Of a stretch of DNA of 45,865 bases, positions 28,808 through 38,154 are shown piece by piece. Every line of letters begins with the position of its first letter. Within the stretch, counting starts at the first letter, position 1. The position numbers were made by a program, and so were the translations under genes. The notes under the pieces were generated by a model. It was given only the letters and a program-made list of their open reading frames with translations, had not been told where the DNA came from and ran no database searches. The stretch is from Pseudomonadota bacterium (GTDB taxonomy: Bacteria; Desulfobacterota; Desulfovibrionia; Desulfovibrionales; Desulfovibrionaceae), in the NCBI GenBank assembly GCA_023417745.1, contig JAEZEM010000408.1:1-45865 (forward strand), in the 5' to 3' direction.

Positions 28808-30316
28808 CTAGCGTTTTTTCCGTTTTTTCCGTTGTTCTTTCTTCTTCTTGGCGGCGGCCCGGGCGCTTTCGATGGCGGCCTTGCTCGGCGCCGGCGCCCC
28901 GCCCATGCCCGGCGGCATTCCGCCCATGCCGCCCATGCCGGGCATTCCCGGCATCCCGCCCGGGGGCATTCCGGGCATCTTCATCCCAGGCGGCATCTTG
29001 GGCATGGAGGGCATCCCCTTGCCGCCCATCATCCGCTGCATCATCTTCTGCATCTGGGTGAAATTTTTCAGCAGCTGGCTGACTTCCAGGACCGTGGTCC
29101 CCGAGCCCTTGGCGATGCGCTCCCGGCGGCTGGTGTTGATCAGCTTGGCATTGTCGCGCTCGGCCTTGGTCATGGAGTTGATGATGGCCTCGACCCGGGC
29201 CATCTCCTTTTCCGGCATCTGCACGTCGCCAAGCTGCTTACGCACCTGGGACATGCCGGGAATGAGCTTCAAAAGCCCTTCCAGGGAGCCAAGCTTTTTG
29301 ATGCGGCGCATCTGGGTGCGGAAGTCTTCCAGGGTGAACTGGGCCTTGCGCAGCTTGCGCTCCATCTCGGCCGCTTCATCGGCGTCGACGTCGGTCTGGG
29401 CTTTCTCAATGAGCGTGAGGATGTCGCCCATGCCGAGAATGCGCGAGGCGGCCCGGTCGGGATAGAAAAGCTCCAGATCGGCGACTTTTTCGCCCGTGCC
29501 CACGAGCTTGATGGGCTTGCCCGTGACCTGGCGCACGGACAAAGCCGCGCCGCCCCGGGCGTCGCCGTCCATCTTGGTCAGGACCACGCCCGAAATATTG
29601 AGGCGCTCGTTGAAGGCGGCGGCCACGGTGACGGCGTCCTGGCCGGTCATGGCGTCGGCCACGAACAAAATTTCCCCGGGCGCGCAGCCGGCCTTGATGG
29701 CGGCCAGCTCGTCCATGAGGGCTTCGTCGATGTGCAGGCGACCGGCGGTGTCCAGCAGCACCACGTCGTGGCCGGTGCGCTTGGCCTCGGCCAGGGCGGC
29801 GGCGCAGATGTCCACCGGGTTCTGGTCCGGGGTGGACGGATAGGCTTCGATGTCGAGCTGGGAGGCCAGCTTGTGGAGCTGGTCGATGGCCGCCGGACGA
29901 TAGACGTCGGCCGGGACCAGATAGGGCTTGCGCTTGAATTCGCGGCGCAGCTTCAGGGCCAGCTTGGCGCAGGTGGTGGTCTTGCCCGAGCCCTGCAGGC
30001 CCACGACCATGATGACGGCCGGCGAACCGGACAAGTCGAGGTCGGTGGCCTGTCCGCCGAGGATCTCAATGAGTTCCTCGTGGACGATTTTCACGACCTG
30101 CTGGCCGGGATTGAGGCTTTTGAGCACGTCCTGGCCGACGGCCCGTTCCCGGACGCGTTCGACGAAGTCTTTGACGACCTTAAAATTGACGTCGGCCTCA
30201 AGCAGGGCCAAACGCACTTCGCGCAACGCGGTCTGAACGTTCTCCTCGGTCAGTCGGGCTTGCCCCCTGATCTTGCGGAAAACGTCTTCGAGTCTGTCTG
30301 TAAGGCTGTCGAACAT
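28808..30316 (-). CDS. ffh: Signal recognition particle protein Ffh
   Basis: [41 protein letters not shown]; Met/Gly/Pro-rich tail. Confidence 0.99.
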   Translation of the reverse strand: MFDSLTDRLEDVFRKIRGQARLTEENVQTALREVRLALLEADVNFKVVKDFVERVRERAVGQDVLKSLNPGQQVVKIVHEELIEILGGQATDLDLSGSPAVIMVVGLQGSGKTTTCAKLALKLRREFKRKPYLVPADVYRPAAIDQLHKLASQLDIEAYPSTPDQNPVDICAAALAEAKRTGHDVVLLDTAGRLHIDEALMDELAAIKAGCAPGEILFVADAMTGQDAVTVAAAFNERLNISGVVLTKMDGDARGGAALSVRQVTGKPIKLVGTGEKVADLELFYPDRAASRILGMGDILTLIEKAQTDVDADEAAEMERKLRKAQFTLEDFRTQMRRIKKLGSLEGLLKLIPGMSQVRKQLGDVQMPEKEMARVEAIINSMTKAERDNAKLINTSRRERIAKGSGTTVLEVSQLLKNFTQMQKMMQRMMGGKGMPSMPKMPPGMKMPGMPPGGMPGMPGMGGMGGMPPGMGGAPAPSKAAIESARAAAKKKKEQRKKRKKR

Positions 30317-30436
30317 GGTCCTGGCGCACCTCGGTAAAGGGCAAAGTTTGACTTGATAACGGCAAGCGGTCCAGACGTCAAGAGGCCGCCGGGACCGGCC
30401 GGGCGGCTTTTTCACCCAACCGGGCGATTGCCTGGC

Positions 30437-31369
30437 TTAGGGAATCTCAACCCGAAGGCTCGGATCGGTCTCCACCGCCGCGACGATTTCGTTGTAGCGC
30501 GTAAAAAGCCTGGCGATTTCCTGCTTCCGCTTGGCGGCGTCGAAGCGGGACCACTCGTGCAGATTGGTGGCGATAAACTGCTCGGCCTCGATAATCTCGA
30601 TGCGGGCGTCCACGTCAAAGCCCTTGGCCAAGGATTCGATGCCCGGGCGGCTGTCGGCGATGGTCACGACCAGGGGCGTCAGCCCGCTTTCGATATTGCG
30701 GATGCATTTGCGGATCAAGGCTTCGGAAGGAGCCGTCGTGACATGGACGGCCACGCCTTCCAAGCAAAAATCGCCCGCCCGCGCCCCGGGCGCGTCGGCC
30801 ACCGACGCCCCATGGTGCACGGGACGCGAGGCTTCGGGCAAAATGAGATCAAGCTTGGCCCCGACCAGATGCTGCAGCACCGTGCCGGCGTACATGACGC
30901 CGGGATGATCCTTCTGGCGTTTGACGGCCTGGCGCAGCAGATCGGCGACCAGGGAACGCAGGGATTTGCCCGGATCGTAGCGCAGCACGAAGGGCTTGCC
31001 GGCGAAATAGTCCCTGACCCGCTCGACCCACCAGGCTTCCATGGCCGGCAGGTCCGCCAGCCCTTGGTCGTTTAGCGCATTGAGAAACCCGACGTACTCC
31101 CGCATGTTGCCGAGGCTGCCGCGACTCGTCCGGCCGCCCTCCTCGGCCAGCACCCGAACTATGCCGTGCTCGGCCAAAATGGCCTGCACGGCCCCCTTGC
31201 TCAGGCCCGCCACCTGGCCGGTCCCCTCGGTCACCAACTCGCCCGGCGACAACGGCAGGCCGCGCCGCATGGCCTGGCGCGTCACATGCAGCGCCAGGGC
31301 CAGCTGCCCTTTGCCGTTGAAGCGATGGATGCGGCGGTACTGCGCCAACTGCGCTTCAAGAGGCTTCAT
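30437..31369 (-). CDS. DUF4928-like protein, putative restriction endonuclease
   Basis: GQVAGL....VQAIL..HGI.RVLA.EGGRTSRGS, G.VLQHLVGAKL, ADAP..R.GDF.....A.HVT..P, RYNEIV..VETDPSL; overlaps the MTase stop. Confidence 0.7.
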   Translation of the reverse strand: MKPLEAQLAQYRRIHRFNGKGQLALALHVTRQAMRRGLPLSPGELVTEGTGQVAGLSKGAVQAILAEHGIVRVLAEEGGRTSRGSLGNMREYVGFLNALNDQGLADLPAMEAWWVERVRDYFAGKPFVLRYDPGKSLRSLVADLLRQAVKRQKDHPGVMYAGTVLQHLVGAKLDLILPEASRPVHHGASVADAPGARAGDFCLEGVAVHVTTAPSEALIRKCIRNIESGLTPLVVTIADSRPGIESLAKGFDVDARIEIIEAEQFIATNLHEWSRFDAAKRKQEIARLFTRYNEIVAAVETDPSLRVEIP

Positions 31370-32495
31370 GGCGCCCCGCCAGCAGCTTGATGAGCAGATG
31401 CCGGGCCAGATAGGCGGCCACCGGCGCGGCCACGGCGTCTCCCATGGCCCGGTAGGCTTCGGTTTCGCCGACCGGCAGCTTGAACCGGGCCGGCGCGCCC
31501 ATGAGCCGGGCCGCCTCGGCGGCGCAGAGCAGGCGCGTGCGCCACTGCCCGTCCTGGCGCACCACAAGCAGCTGACGGCTGCTGCCGCCGGCCGGGGTGC
31601 GCAGGCAGCCGGCCACGTCGTCGAAACGCAGTTCCAAAACCTGCCGGCCGTTTCGGATGCGCCGGTAGCCCGGAACCACGTCCAGGCCGCAGGCGTCCAG
31701 GCGACGCCGGTGGGTCGGGGGGATCAGCTCCAGATTTTTCCGGCTCGTGCCGTCCTCGTGGCAGGGGCGCGTCAGATCAAGCAGGTCCGACAAATTTTTC
31801 TTTCGCTTCGGCGGTTCAGGCATCCGCCACCAAACGAAACGCGGCAACCGCCCGGCCACGCGAACCACCGGAGCCGGGTGCAGCCAGCTTGGTCCGTCGC
31901 CCGTCAGGCCAGGCGCCAGCGGCGCCTCCCCCGCCAGCCCGACCACGAAAACCCGGGGCCGCGACTGGGGCACGAACCGCACCGCGTCAAGCACCATGGC
32001 CCCGACGCGGTAGCCGCGTTCCTCCAGGGCCCGGTGCAATTCCAGGTAATCGCCGCCCTCGCGGGACGACAGCAGACCAACGACGTTTTCCGCCACAACC
32101 ACGGGAGGGCGCTTGGGCATCTCGTCCATGACCCGCAGCCATTGCCAGACCAGCCCGCTACGGCTGGCCCGGATGCCCTTGGCCGGGCCGGCCAGCGAAA
32201 GGTCCTGACACGGGAAGCTGGCCCAGGACAGTTCGGCCCCGGGCACGTCGACCCCGCGCACCTCGGCGATGGACCCCTGGACAAGCCGGCCGTCCGGGTG
32301 GTTGGCCCGAAACACCAAGCCCTTTTTCGGGCAAACGTCATTGGCCCAGACCAGCTCGAACCAGCGCTCCAGAGCGCGGCTGACCAGGCCGCTGCCAGCA
32401 AAAAAATCCAGAAACCGGGGCTTGGCGGCCCGGTTGTCCAACCGTGGATTCGCCGACAAAGACGGCGCGAAGGCTTGCCCTGCGGCGACGTTCAT
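31356..32495 (-). CDS. dcm: DNA (cytosine-5)-methyltransferase
   Basis: Motif I FFAGSG, motif IV SFPCQDLS, motif VI ENV, motif VIII PQSRPRVF, motif IX EAARLMG, motif X GDAV. Confidence 0.95.
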   Translation of the reverse strand: MNVAAGQAFAPSLSANPRLDNRAAKPRFLDFFAGSGLVSRALERWFELVWANDVCPKKGLVFRANHPDGRLVQGSIAEVRGVDVPGAELSWASFPCQDLSLAGPAKGIRASRSGLVWQWLRVMDEMPKRPPVVVAENVVGLLSSREGGDYLELHRALEERGYRVGAMVLDAVRFVPQSRPRVFVVGLAGEAPLAPGLTGDGPSWLHPAPVVRVAGRLPRFVWWRMPEPPKRKKNLSDLLDLTRPCHEDGTSRKNLELIPPTHRRRLDACGLDVVPGYRRIRNGRQVLELRFDDVAGCLRTPAGGSSRQLLVVRQDGQWRTRLLCAAEAARLMGAPARFKLPVGETEAYRAMGDAVAAPVAAYLARHLLIKLLAGRHEAS

Positions 32496-32914
32496 GACGC
32501 TTCAACCCACTGGCGAATTTTGGCGGCAAGGACGCCGCAATCCTTTTCAAGCGTTGACAACTCGCACTCCCATACGACGACGACCTGCCAGCCCATGGCT
32601 TCCAGGGCAGCGGTCACGGCCGCGTCACGCGCAACCGTGCGCTGAAACTTCCGTTCCCAATAGGCGACGTTCGAAGCCGGCATCGAGGCCCGGCGACAGC
32701 CGGCATGACGATGCCAGAAACAGCCGTTGACGAACACTGCCGTCCGGTAACGGGGCAGCACGATGTCTGGCGTTCCCGGAAGCTCGGCTTTGTGGAGGCG
32801 AAAACGGAAACCCTGGCGAAAAAGCAGGGAGCGCAGCCGCTTTTCCGGCCCGGTGTCGCGCCCTTTGACCCTGGCCATGACGGCGCTTCGTTCGGCCGGG
32901 CTGACCTTGTCCAT
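32492..32914 (-). CDS. vsr: Very short patch repair endonuclease
   Basis: MDKVSPAERSAVMARVKGRDTGPE, LPGTPDIV, FVNGCFWHRH, VVWECE. Confidence 0.95.
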   Translation of the reverse strand: MDKVSPAERSAVMARVKGRDTGPEKRLRSLLFRQGFRFRLHKAELPGTPDIVLPRYRTAVFVNGCFWHRHAGCRRASMPASNVAYWERKFQRTVARDAAVTAALEAMGWQVVVVWECELSTLEKDCGVLAAKIRQWVEAS

Positions 32915-33009
32915 GCCCCGGCACCATAGCCGGCGACAAGGCCGCTGCCAAGGGCGGCGCCAAGCCTCGACGACGCCGAGCCCCGGCCGGCGCCAACCTT
33001 GCGTGAAAT

Positions 33010-33040
33010 AAAAAAGCCCCGTCCGGCGAGCGGACGGGGC
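33010..33040 (-). terminator. Rho-independent terminator after the RRM gene
   Basis: GCCCCGTCCG...CGGACGGGGC followed by a T-run on the minus strand. Confidence 0.8.
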
Positions 33041-33075
33041 CATGGCGTCTTTAATCGAAGCCGGGCGTCCGAAGA

Positions 33076-33369
33076 CTACCAGCTGTTGCGACGGGGACGG
33101 TCGTTGTAGCCGCCGGCGCGGGGCTGACGCTCTTCGGCTTCGTTGACCCGCAGATCGCGGCCGCCGAAGTCCTTGCCGTTGAGGCCCTGCATGGCGGCGT
33201 CGGCGCCGTCGTCGCCCATTTCCACAAAACCGAAGCCGCGCAGGCGGCCGGTTTCACGATCCACGATCAGCTTGACCGAGGTCACGTCGCCGTAGGCGGC
33301 GAACAGGTCGCGGATTTCGTCTTCGTTGGTGGAAAAGGGCAGATTGCCGACATAGAGTTTCTTGGACAT
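33076..33369 (-). CDS. RRM (RNP-1) RNA-binding protein
   Basis: KLYVGNL, DRETGRLRGFGFVEM, GRDLRVNEA. Confidence 0.95.
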   Translation of the reverse strand: MSKKLYVGNLPFSTNEDEIRDLFAAYGDVTSVKLIVDRETGRLRGFGFVEMGDDGADAAMQGLNGKDFGGRDLRVNEAEERQPRAGGYNDRPRRNSW

Positions 33370-33505
33370 CGCGTTGCGCTCCAGATTTCGGGCTAATTCT
33401 TCAAAGGTCGTCGGGAGCTTGCAAACGCGCAGGTCCTCGGAGACTGGGAAAAAGACTTAGCCAACAGTGTAAGAAATTGAAAAATACGCATGGGCCGTAC
33501 CGTTG

Positions 33506-34108
33506 TCAATGACTATTTCCGCACAACGCCGCGCCAAGTCCCTGCCAATCGAGCTGTTGCAATATGCGAGTATCGCGCAGCACCAGGCGGTTTTGCAGCG
33601 CCGCATCCCTGGAGCCCCCGTCCCTGACGCCGTAAAACGGCAGCAATACGGTGAAAGCCTGCAATTGGGCCGTGCGCGCCAGCGGCAGGACATCGTGGGG
33701 CCGCGTCTGGTCGGGACGCTCTCCAAGCTGGCAAGGTTGGCTGAAAACAATATATTCGCGGCAAGCCAAAGGCCGCAACGGATAGACGGCGCAGACGCCA
33801 TCGGCGAGAAACGGACACGGGGCCTGGCGCTGCATCGTCAGCGCCTCCCCCACCCTTCTCGCCAAATCGCCGCCCAGGTGGCTCAAGGCGAACCATCGCA
33901 GCCCCTGGGCCTCGATGGTGGAAACAGGAATGGGTTGGCTGCAGCAGGCATGGCATCCCGAGCGGCAAGCCGGGACGCGCCCCGAGGCCGCGACCGCCCG
34001 GTCCACGCCCTGGTCGATAATGGACCCGGCCTCAATCAGCGCCGTGAGCCAAGGCAGGCGCGGGGCGGCGTCGCGTACCCGCCGCAAGGACAGCACAGGC
34101 ATAATCAC
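33506..34108 (-). CDS. YkgJ/FliB-like cysteine-cluster protein
   Basis: CRSGCHACC, CPFL..G.CAVYPLRPLACREY; start uncertain. Confidence 0.75.
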   Translation of the reverse strand: MIMPVLSLRRVRDAAPRLPWLTALIEAGSIIDQGVDRAVAASGRVPACRSGCHACCSQPIPVSTIEAQGLRWFALSHLGGDLARRVGEALTMQRQAPCPFLADGVCAVYPLRPLACREYIVFSQPCQLGERPDQTRPHDVLPLARTAQLQAFTVLLPFYGVRDGGSRDAALQNRLVLRDTRILQQLDWQGLGAALCGNSH

Positions 34109-34661
34109 GCCACACTACGTCACCACAAAACAAAGTCAACGCCGTCGGCCTTCTTCATATATTCCGGGATATAAATGCAATATGACGCGCTATTTGCGCG
34201 AAAAACTTTAAATCCCAAAAGCAGATGTCCATCTCACCGAGACGCTACAAGCAAAAACCCTGACAACAAGGGAAACTATGCAAGCAATACGGTCTTAAAC
34301 ACAAACGCCTTCCGAGCCACTGCGGAGCACATTTCCATGACGCAAACCAGAATATCGCGGCCACCTGCCCTTTGCCGGCAAAGCCGCGGCACGTCATGCC
34401 GACAAAGCGTCGCGATCCCGCCTGCCATCCCCCCCACTTCCACAACACCAGTCATGAAAAAAATCGATATGCGCCAACCGAAGGACGATACGCATAAAAT
34501 GATCCGGTCAATGGTTGCGCCGCGCTGTGTCACGGCCTTTCCCGAACCCGACTCTTGTGTCGCGCACGGGAAAGGCCATGACACTGTTGTGTGCAACAAT
34601 AACCCGCAATTGTTATTTTTATTTACAAAAAAACATAAATGTTTTTTTTGCGAACGCCACC

Positions 34662-36671
34662 CTAGCACATGGGGAAACGGAACTCGAAGGTGGAGCCGTG
34701 GCCGGGTTTGGCACTGACCCGGACGGCGCCGCCCAGGCGCTCCACCTCGGCCTTGACCGCAGACAGCCCCACACCGCGACCGGACAGGGCGCTCACCTCG
34801 TCCTTCGTCGAAAACGAATCCGCAAACAGCAGATCATAGACCGCCTCCGGGGGCATGTCCCGGGCCTGTTCCGGGGCCACCAGCCCCTTGGCCACGGCCA
34901 GACGCAACACCTTGGCCACGTCGATGCCCTGCCCGTCGTCGGAGACGCGCAAACAAACCGTCGAGCCGGACTGCTCAACGGCGCAGGCAATGCGCCCCTG
35001 CTCAGGCTTGCCGTTCTCCAGGCGATCCTCGGGAGTTTCGATGCCATGATCAATCATGTTCCGAATAACGTGCACCAGGGATTTGATGAACTTCTGGACG
35101 GACTCCTTTTCCACAAACACGTCGTCGCCGCTGACGCACAGGGGCGAAACAGACTTGCCCAAGCGGCCGGCCAGGGCCTGAAGATAGTCCTGGTACTCGG
35201 CCACGAGGCCCTTTAAGGGACACAGCCGCAACCGCCGCAGCGCCAGCAGGATGTCCTGCTTTTCTGGTCCGTCCGCCAGGACGCCCACCCGGGCCTCGAT
35301 TTCCCGCACCCTTTCGGCGCTGACATATAAACGCTCGTCCTTCTCGAAAAAGGCTTTGCCGAGGATATCCGTCAGGATATGCACATCATCCTGGACAATG
35401 GCCTGGCCATCCCAGCCGGCCACGATCCCGACGAGCTCGTCCCTGTCCAGCGCTTGCGGCCGAGCGGCCAAGACGGCCAACGCATCCTCCATGGCGTGCA
35501 GATTGGCGGCCGTATTGTGCAGGCCAAGCTGGGCGAAATCGCCCTTGCAGGTATGCACCAGACGGAAGATCTCAGCCAGGGCCGCCGTGGGTTCAACAAT
35601 CGCCTGCACCATGGCCAGGGCCTCGGCCGGGGCAAAGCGGCGAAATTCCTCCAGGGCCAGATTGACGTCGGACTGCTTGGTCAGCGCCTTGGCCACCATC
35701 CTGACGTTGTTGCGTTCCTCGGTCATGCGGGCTTCGAGCTTTCGCTTCTCCGTGACGTCCGTCAGGATGAGCATCATCTTTTTTTGTTCGCCATGCGAGA
35801 TGATCTTGTAGGCAACGCTCACGGTCTTGCCGTAGATGTAAAATTCCGACGGCAACAGGGAGATGTAAACCTTTTCCCGCAAAGACTTGCCCGAGGAAAA
35901 GACGCTTTCAAACACCCTGGACATGTTCTGAATGGTCTCCGGCGAAACATGCTTGACCATAAGCTCCAGAAAATTGCGGCCCTCCATGGGCACACGAAAG
36001 ATCTGGACGCACTCAAGGCTGTATTCGCCGGACACCGCCAGATCCTGTCCAAACGACAAGAAACCCTGCCCGGCATTGTCCATGAGGTTTTTAATGGACT
36101 CGTTTTTCTCCCGCAGTTCCTGGCTCTTTTCCTCGATCTGCTTGCGGTTGCGGATCTCGGTCTCATGGGCTTCGTGTAAAATCTCTTTTTGCCGTTTCAG
36201 GAGATTGATCTCCGCTTCCCTGTTCTGGGACAGCTCGATCATGAAGCGCTTGACGCTGACCACCCCGGAAAACTGCTCCTTCTCCGTGATGACCACGAGG
36301 TCGTAGAGCTGGTCATGGGGACGGTTCATGGCGATCAGGCCGATGGTGGCGATATCCACCGAGACGTCCACCACCAGCGGGCGGGTATTCATGATCAGCT
36401 TGACCGCCCGGCTCAAAAAGAGATCACGACCGTAGAGCGTGCCGATCTTTTGATAGAAGTCGTTGCGCATGATCAGGCCGACCGGGGCCTGGCCCTCCAG
36501 GATGACGACCCCCTCGGCGCTTGGGTGCTCGGTGAAAAACGTATGGACCGCAAGTCCCGGGTCTGAGGGCGCAAAAGCCTGGGCCTGCTCCACCAGATTG
36601 CCGATGGACTGGTCCTCGGCCGCGAACTCCTCCTGGTCCAGGGCAATACCCTGCGAAGCTGTCGTTTCCAT
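34662..36671 (-). CDS. CheA-like histidine kinase: N-terminal CBS-like pair, PAS-like, Hpt, HATPase; no CheW domain
   Basis: PVGLIMR and FSGVVS (CBS-like); IFRLVHTCKG (Hpt); HVIRNMIDHGIE, DDGQGID, FSTKDEVSALSGRGVGL; protein ends at GSTFEFRFPMC. Confidence 0.85.
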   Translation of the reverse strand: METTASQGIALDQEEFAAEDQSIGNLVEQAQAFAPSDPGLAVHTFFTEHPSAEGVVILEGQAPVGLIMRNDFYQKIGTLYGRDLFLSRAVKLIMNTRPLVVDVSVDIATIGLIAMNRPHDQLYDLVVITEKEQFSGVVSVKRFMIELSQNREAEINLLKRQKEILHEAHETEIRNRKQIEEKSQELREKNESIKNLMDNAGQGFLSFGQDLAVSGEYSLECVQIFRVPMEGRNFLELMVKHVSPETIQNMSRVFESVFSSGKSLREKVYISLLPSEFYIYGKTVSVAYKIISHGEQKKMMLILTDVTEKRKLEARMTEERNNVRMVAKALTKQSDVNLALEEFRRFAPAEALAMVQAIVEPTAALAEIFRLVHTCKGDFAQLGLHNTAANLHAMEDALAVLAARPQALDRDELVGIVAGWDGQAIVQDDVHILTDILGKAFFEKDERLYVSAERVREIEARVGVLADGPEKQDILLALRRLRLCPLKGLVAEYQDYLQALAGRLGKSVSPLCVSGDDVFVEKESVQKFIKSLVHVIRNMIDHGIETPEDRLENGKPEQGRIACAVEQSGSTVCLRVSDDGQGIDVAKVLRLAVAKGLVAPEQARDMPPEAVYDLLFADSFSTKDEVSALSGRGVGLSAVKAEVERLGGAVRVSAKPGHGSTFEFRFPMC

Positions 36672-36717
36672 AAGCCCTCCGTACGTCAGGGGTGGGGGGT
36701 GGCGCGATCGCCCGGGG

Positions 36718-37080
36718 TTATTCGCTTAACAGCTCGCTCACCGCTTCCAGAACCTTTTCCGGCTCATAGGGCTTGGTGATGTAGTGGCCGGCGCCGCTGT
36801 TGACGGCCTCCAGGATCTTGGCCCCCTGGCCCAGGGCGCTGATCATCATCACCCGCGCCTTGGGATCGTGGCGCAAGATCTCCTTGAGACACTCGATGCC
36901 GTTGAGTTTGGGCATCGTGATGTCCATGGTCACCATGTCCGGCCGCAGAGCCAGAAACTTCTCCAGGCCGTCCTCGCCGTTGACGCCCTCGCCCACCACC
37001 TCGTGCTGCGCGCTTTGCAGGATATTCTTGAGATTGGTGCGGGAAACAATGGAATCATCCACAATAAGTATGCGGGCCAT
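36718..37080 (-). CDS. CheY-like single-domain response regulator
   Basis: ILIVDDS, TMDITMPK, ISA, ITKP. Confidence 0.93.
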   Translation of the reverse strand: MARILIVDDSIVSRTNLKNILQSAQHEVVGEGVNGEDGLEKFLALRPDMVTMDITMPKLNGIECLKEILRHDPKARVMMISALGQGAKILEAVNSGAGHYITKPYEPEKVLEAVSELLSE

Positions 37081-37092
37081 GGCTTGTTCCTT

Positions 37093-37995
37093 TTAGCGAT
37101 GATTAAAAACCGGAGAGCCAACGCCGATGAAGAAATGAAACGACCCAAACGGCAGGGCAAAGGGAATCGCATAGGCCGCGCCCACGGATTTGAGGCTGCC
37201 GTTATGCTTGTATTTCGGGGGCAAAAGCTCCAGCTCGACCCATTCGTTGGACAGCTTGGAGAGGAACAGGCCGTTGTGGACGTTCATGAACTCGCCCAGG
37301 GAATCCCGGGCCACTTCGTCCATGCCGGACACGGCCATCTTGGCAAAGCGCGAGGCAAATTCGGCCATGCCCGACTCGGCTCCGGCAACGCCGGTGAAAA
37401 GCTTGTATCGCCCCTCGATCTCCTGGTGGATCAGGCAGTCGAACTCCTCCAAATCGACCTTCCGGGCCTCCTCCAGCAGAATATGGTCGTCGATAAAACG
37501 TACCAGATTGCGGACGAACAGGGCGAAGTAGTCCACGTACATCTTGGCATCGCCAAGCTCGGGCAGGTGCACCAGGGCCTGGGTGACGACGTCGATGTCG
37601 TTGGTTTTAAGCGCCTCGAACTCCTTGGCGGAAAGGCCGCTTTCCTTTTTATAGTCCTCAAGATAACTTTCAAAAGTTTCAAAGGTCATGATGCCTTTGT
37701 CGATCAGGGCCTGACTGATAAACAGGTGGCGCTTGTTTTGCTGGCCGAGCAGGAGAGAGAGTTTTTCCTCGTCCAGGATGCCCATATCAATGGCAATTTC
37801 ACCGAAGCGTTTGTCAATCTTGGATTGCCGGTTGTGAACCTCTTCAACCTGGGCGGCGGTCATGTACCCGGCGTCAATGGCCAACACGCCAAGCTTGACG
37901 CGAACGGAATCCTGCAACGACAGCACTTCCCGCATCTGCTCTAACGTAATGCAACCGCGCTTGCGCAGGTAATTTCCAAAAAACTGACTGAACAT
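37093..37995 (-). CDS. Protein with three MshEN-like N-terminal repeats and a C-terminal CheC/CheX-like phosphatase domain
   Basis: FFGNYL..RG.IT..Q..E.L..Q / KLGVLAIDAGYMT..Q.......Q / RFGEIAIDMGILD..KL..LL.QQ; C-terminal DSLGEFMNV (ExxN) and LLPP. Confidence 0.7.
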   Translation of the reverse strand: MFSQFFGNYLRKRGCITLEQMREVLSLQDSVRVKLGVLAIDAGYMTAAQVEEVHNRQSKIDKRFGEIAIDMGILDEEKLSLLLGQQNKRHLFISQALIDKGIMTFETFESYLEDYKKESGLSAKEFEALKTNDIDVVTQALVHLPELGDAKMYVDYFALFVRNLVRFIDDHILLEEARKVDLEEFDCLIHQEIEGRYKLFTGVAGAESGMAEFASRFAKMAVSGMDEVARDSLGEFMNVHNGLFLSKLSNEWVELELLPPKYKHNGSLKSVGAAYAIPFALPFGSFHFFIGVGSPVFNHR

Positions 37996-38154
37996 GCTGC
38001 ATACTCCTTGAGAATTGACGGTCAGGCCATTGGCCAATTGTCCTTATCGCCACAGCACCTTGCCTGACTTTCGAGAGGCGCTCCCACGCTGTGATTATGT
38101 GCTGCGAGTTGCGTGGCGCGGCCCGGGTTAAGGCCCCGCCACGGCGGACAGCGC

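Noticed and set aside
28900..29035. Repetitive GGCAT/CCCAT tract
   Set aside because: Encodes the ordinary Met/Gly/Pro-rich tail of Ffh; not a CRISPR or DNA-level repeat
24647..32645. Long + strand ORFs opposite the ffh operon and the dcm cassette
   Set aside because: Antisense shadows of well-supported minus-strand genes
38043..38073. Possible sigma-28 promoter (GAAAG...GGCGATAA) upstream of the CheX-like gene
   Set aside because: Mismatches in both boxes and off-consensus spacing; too weak to call
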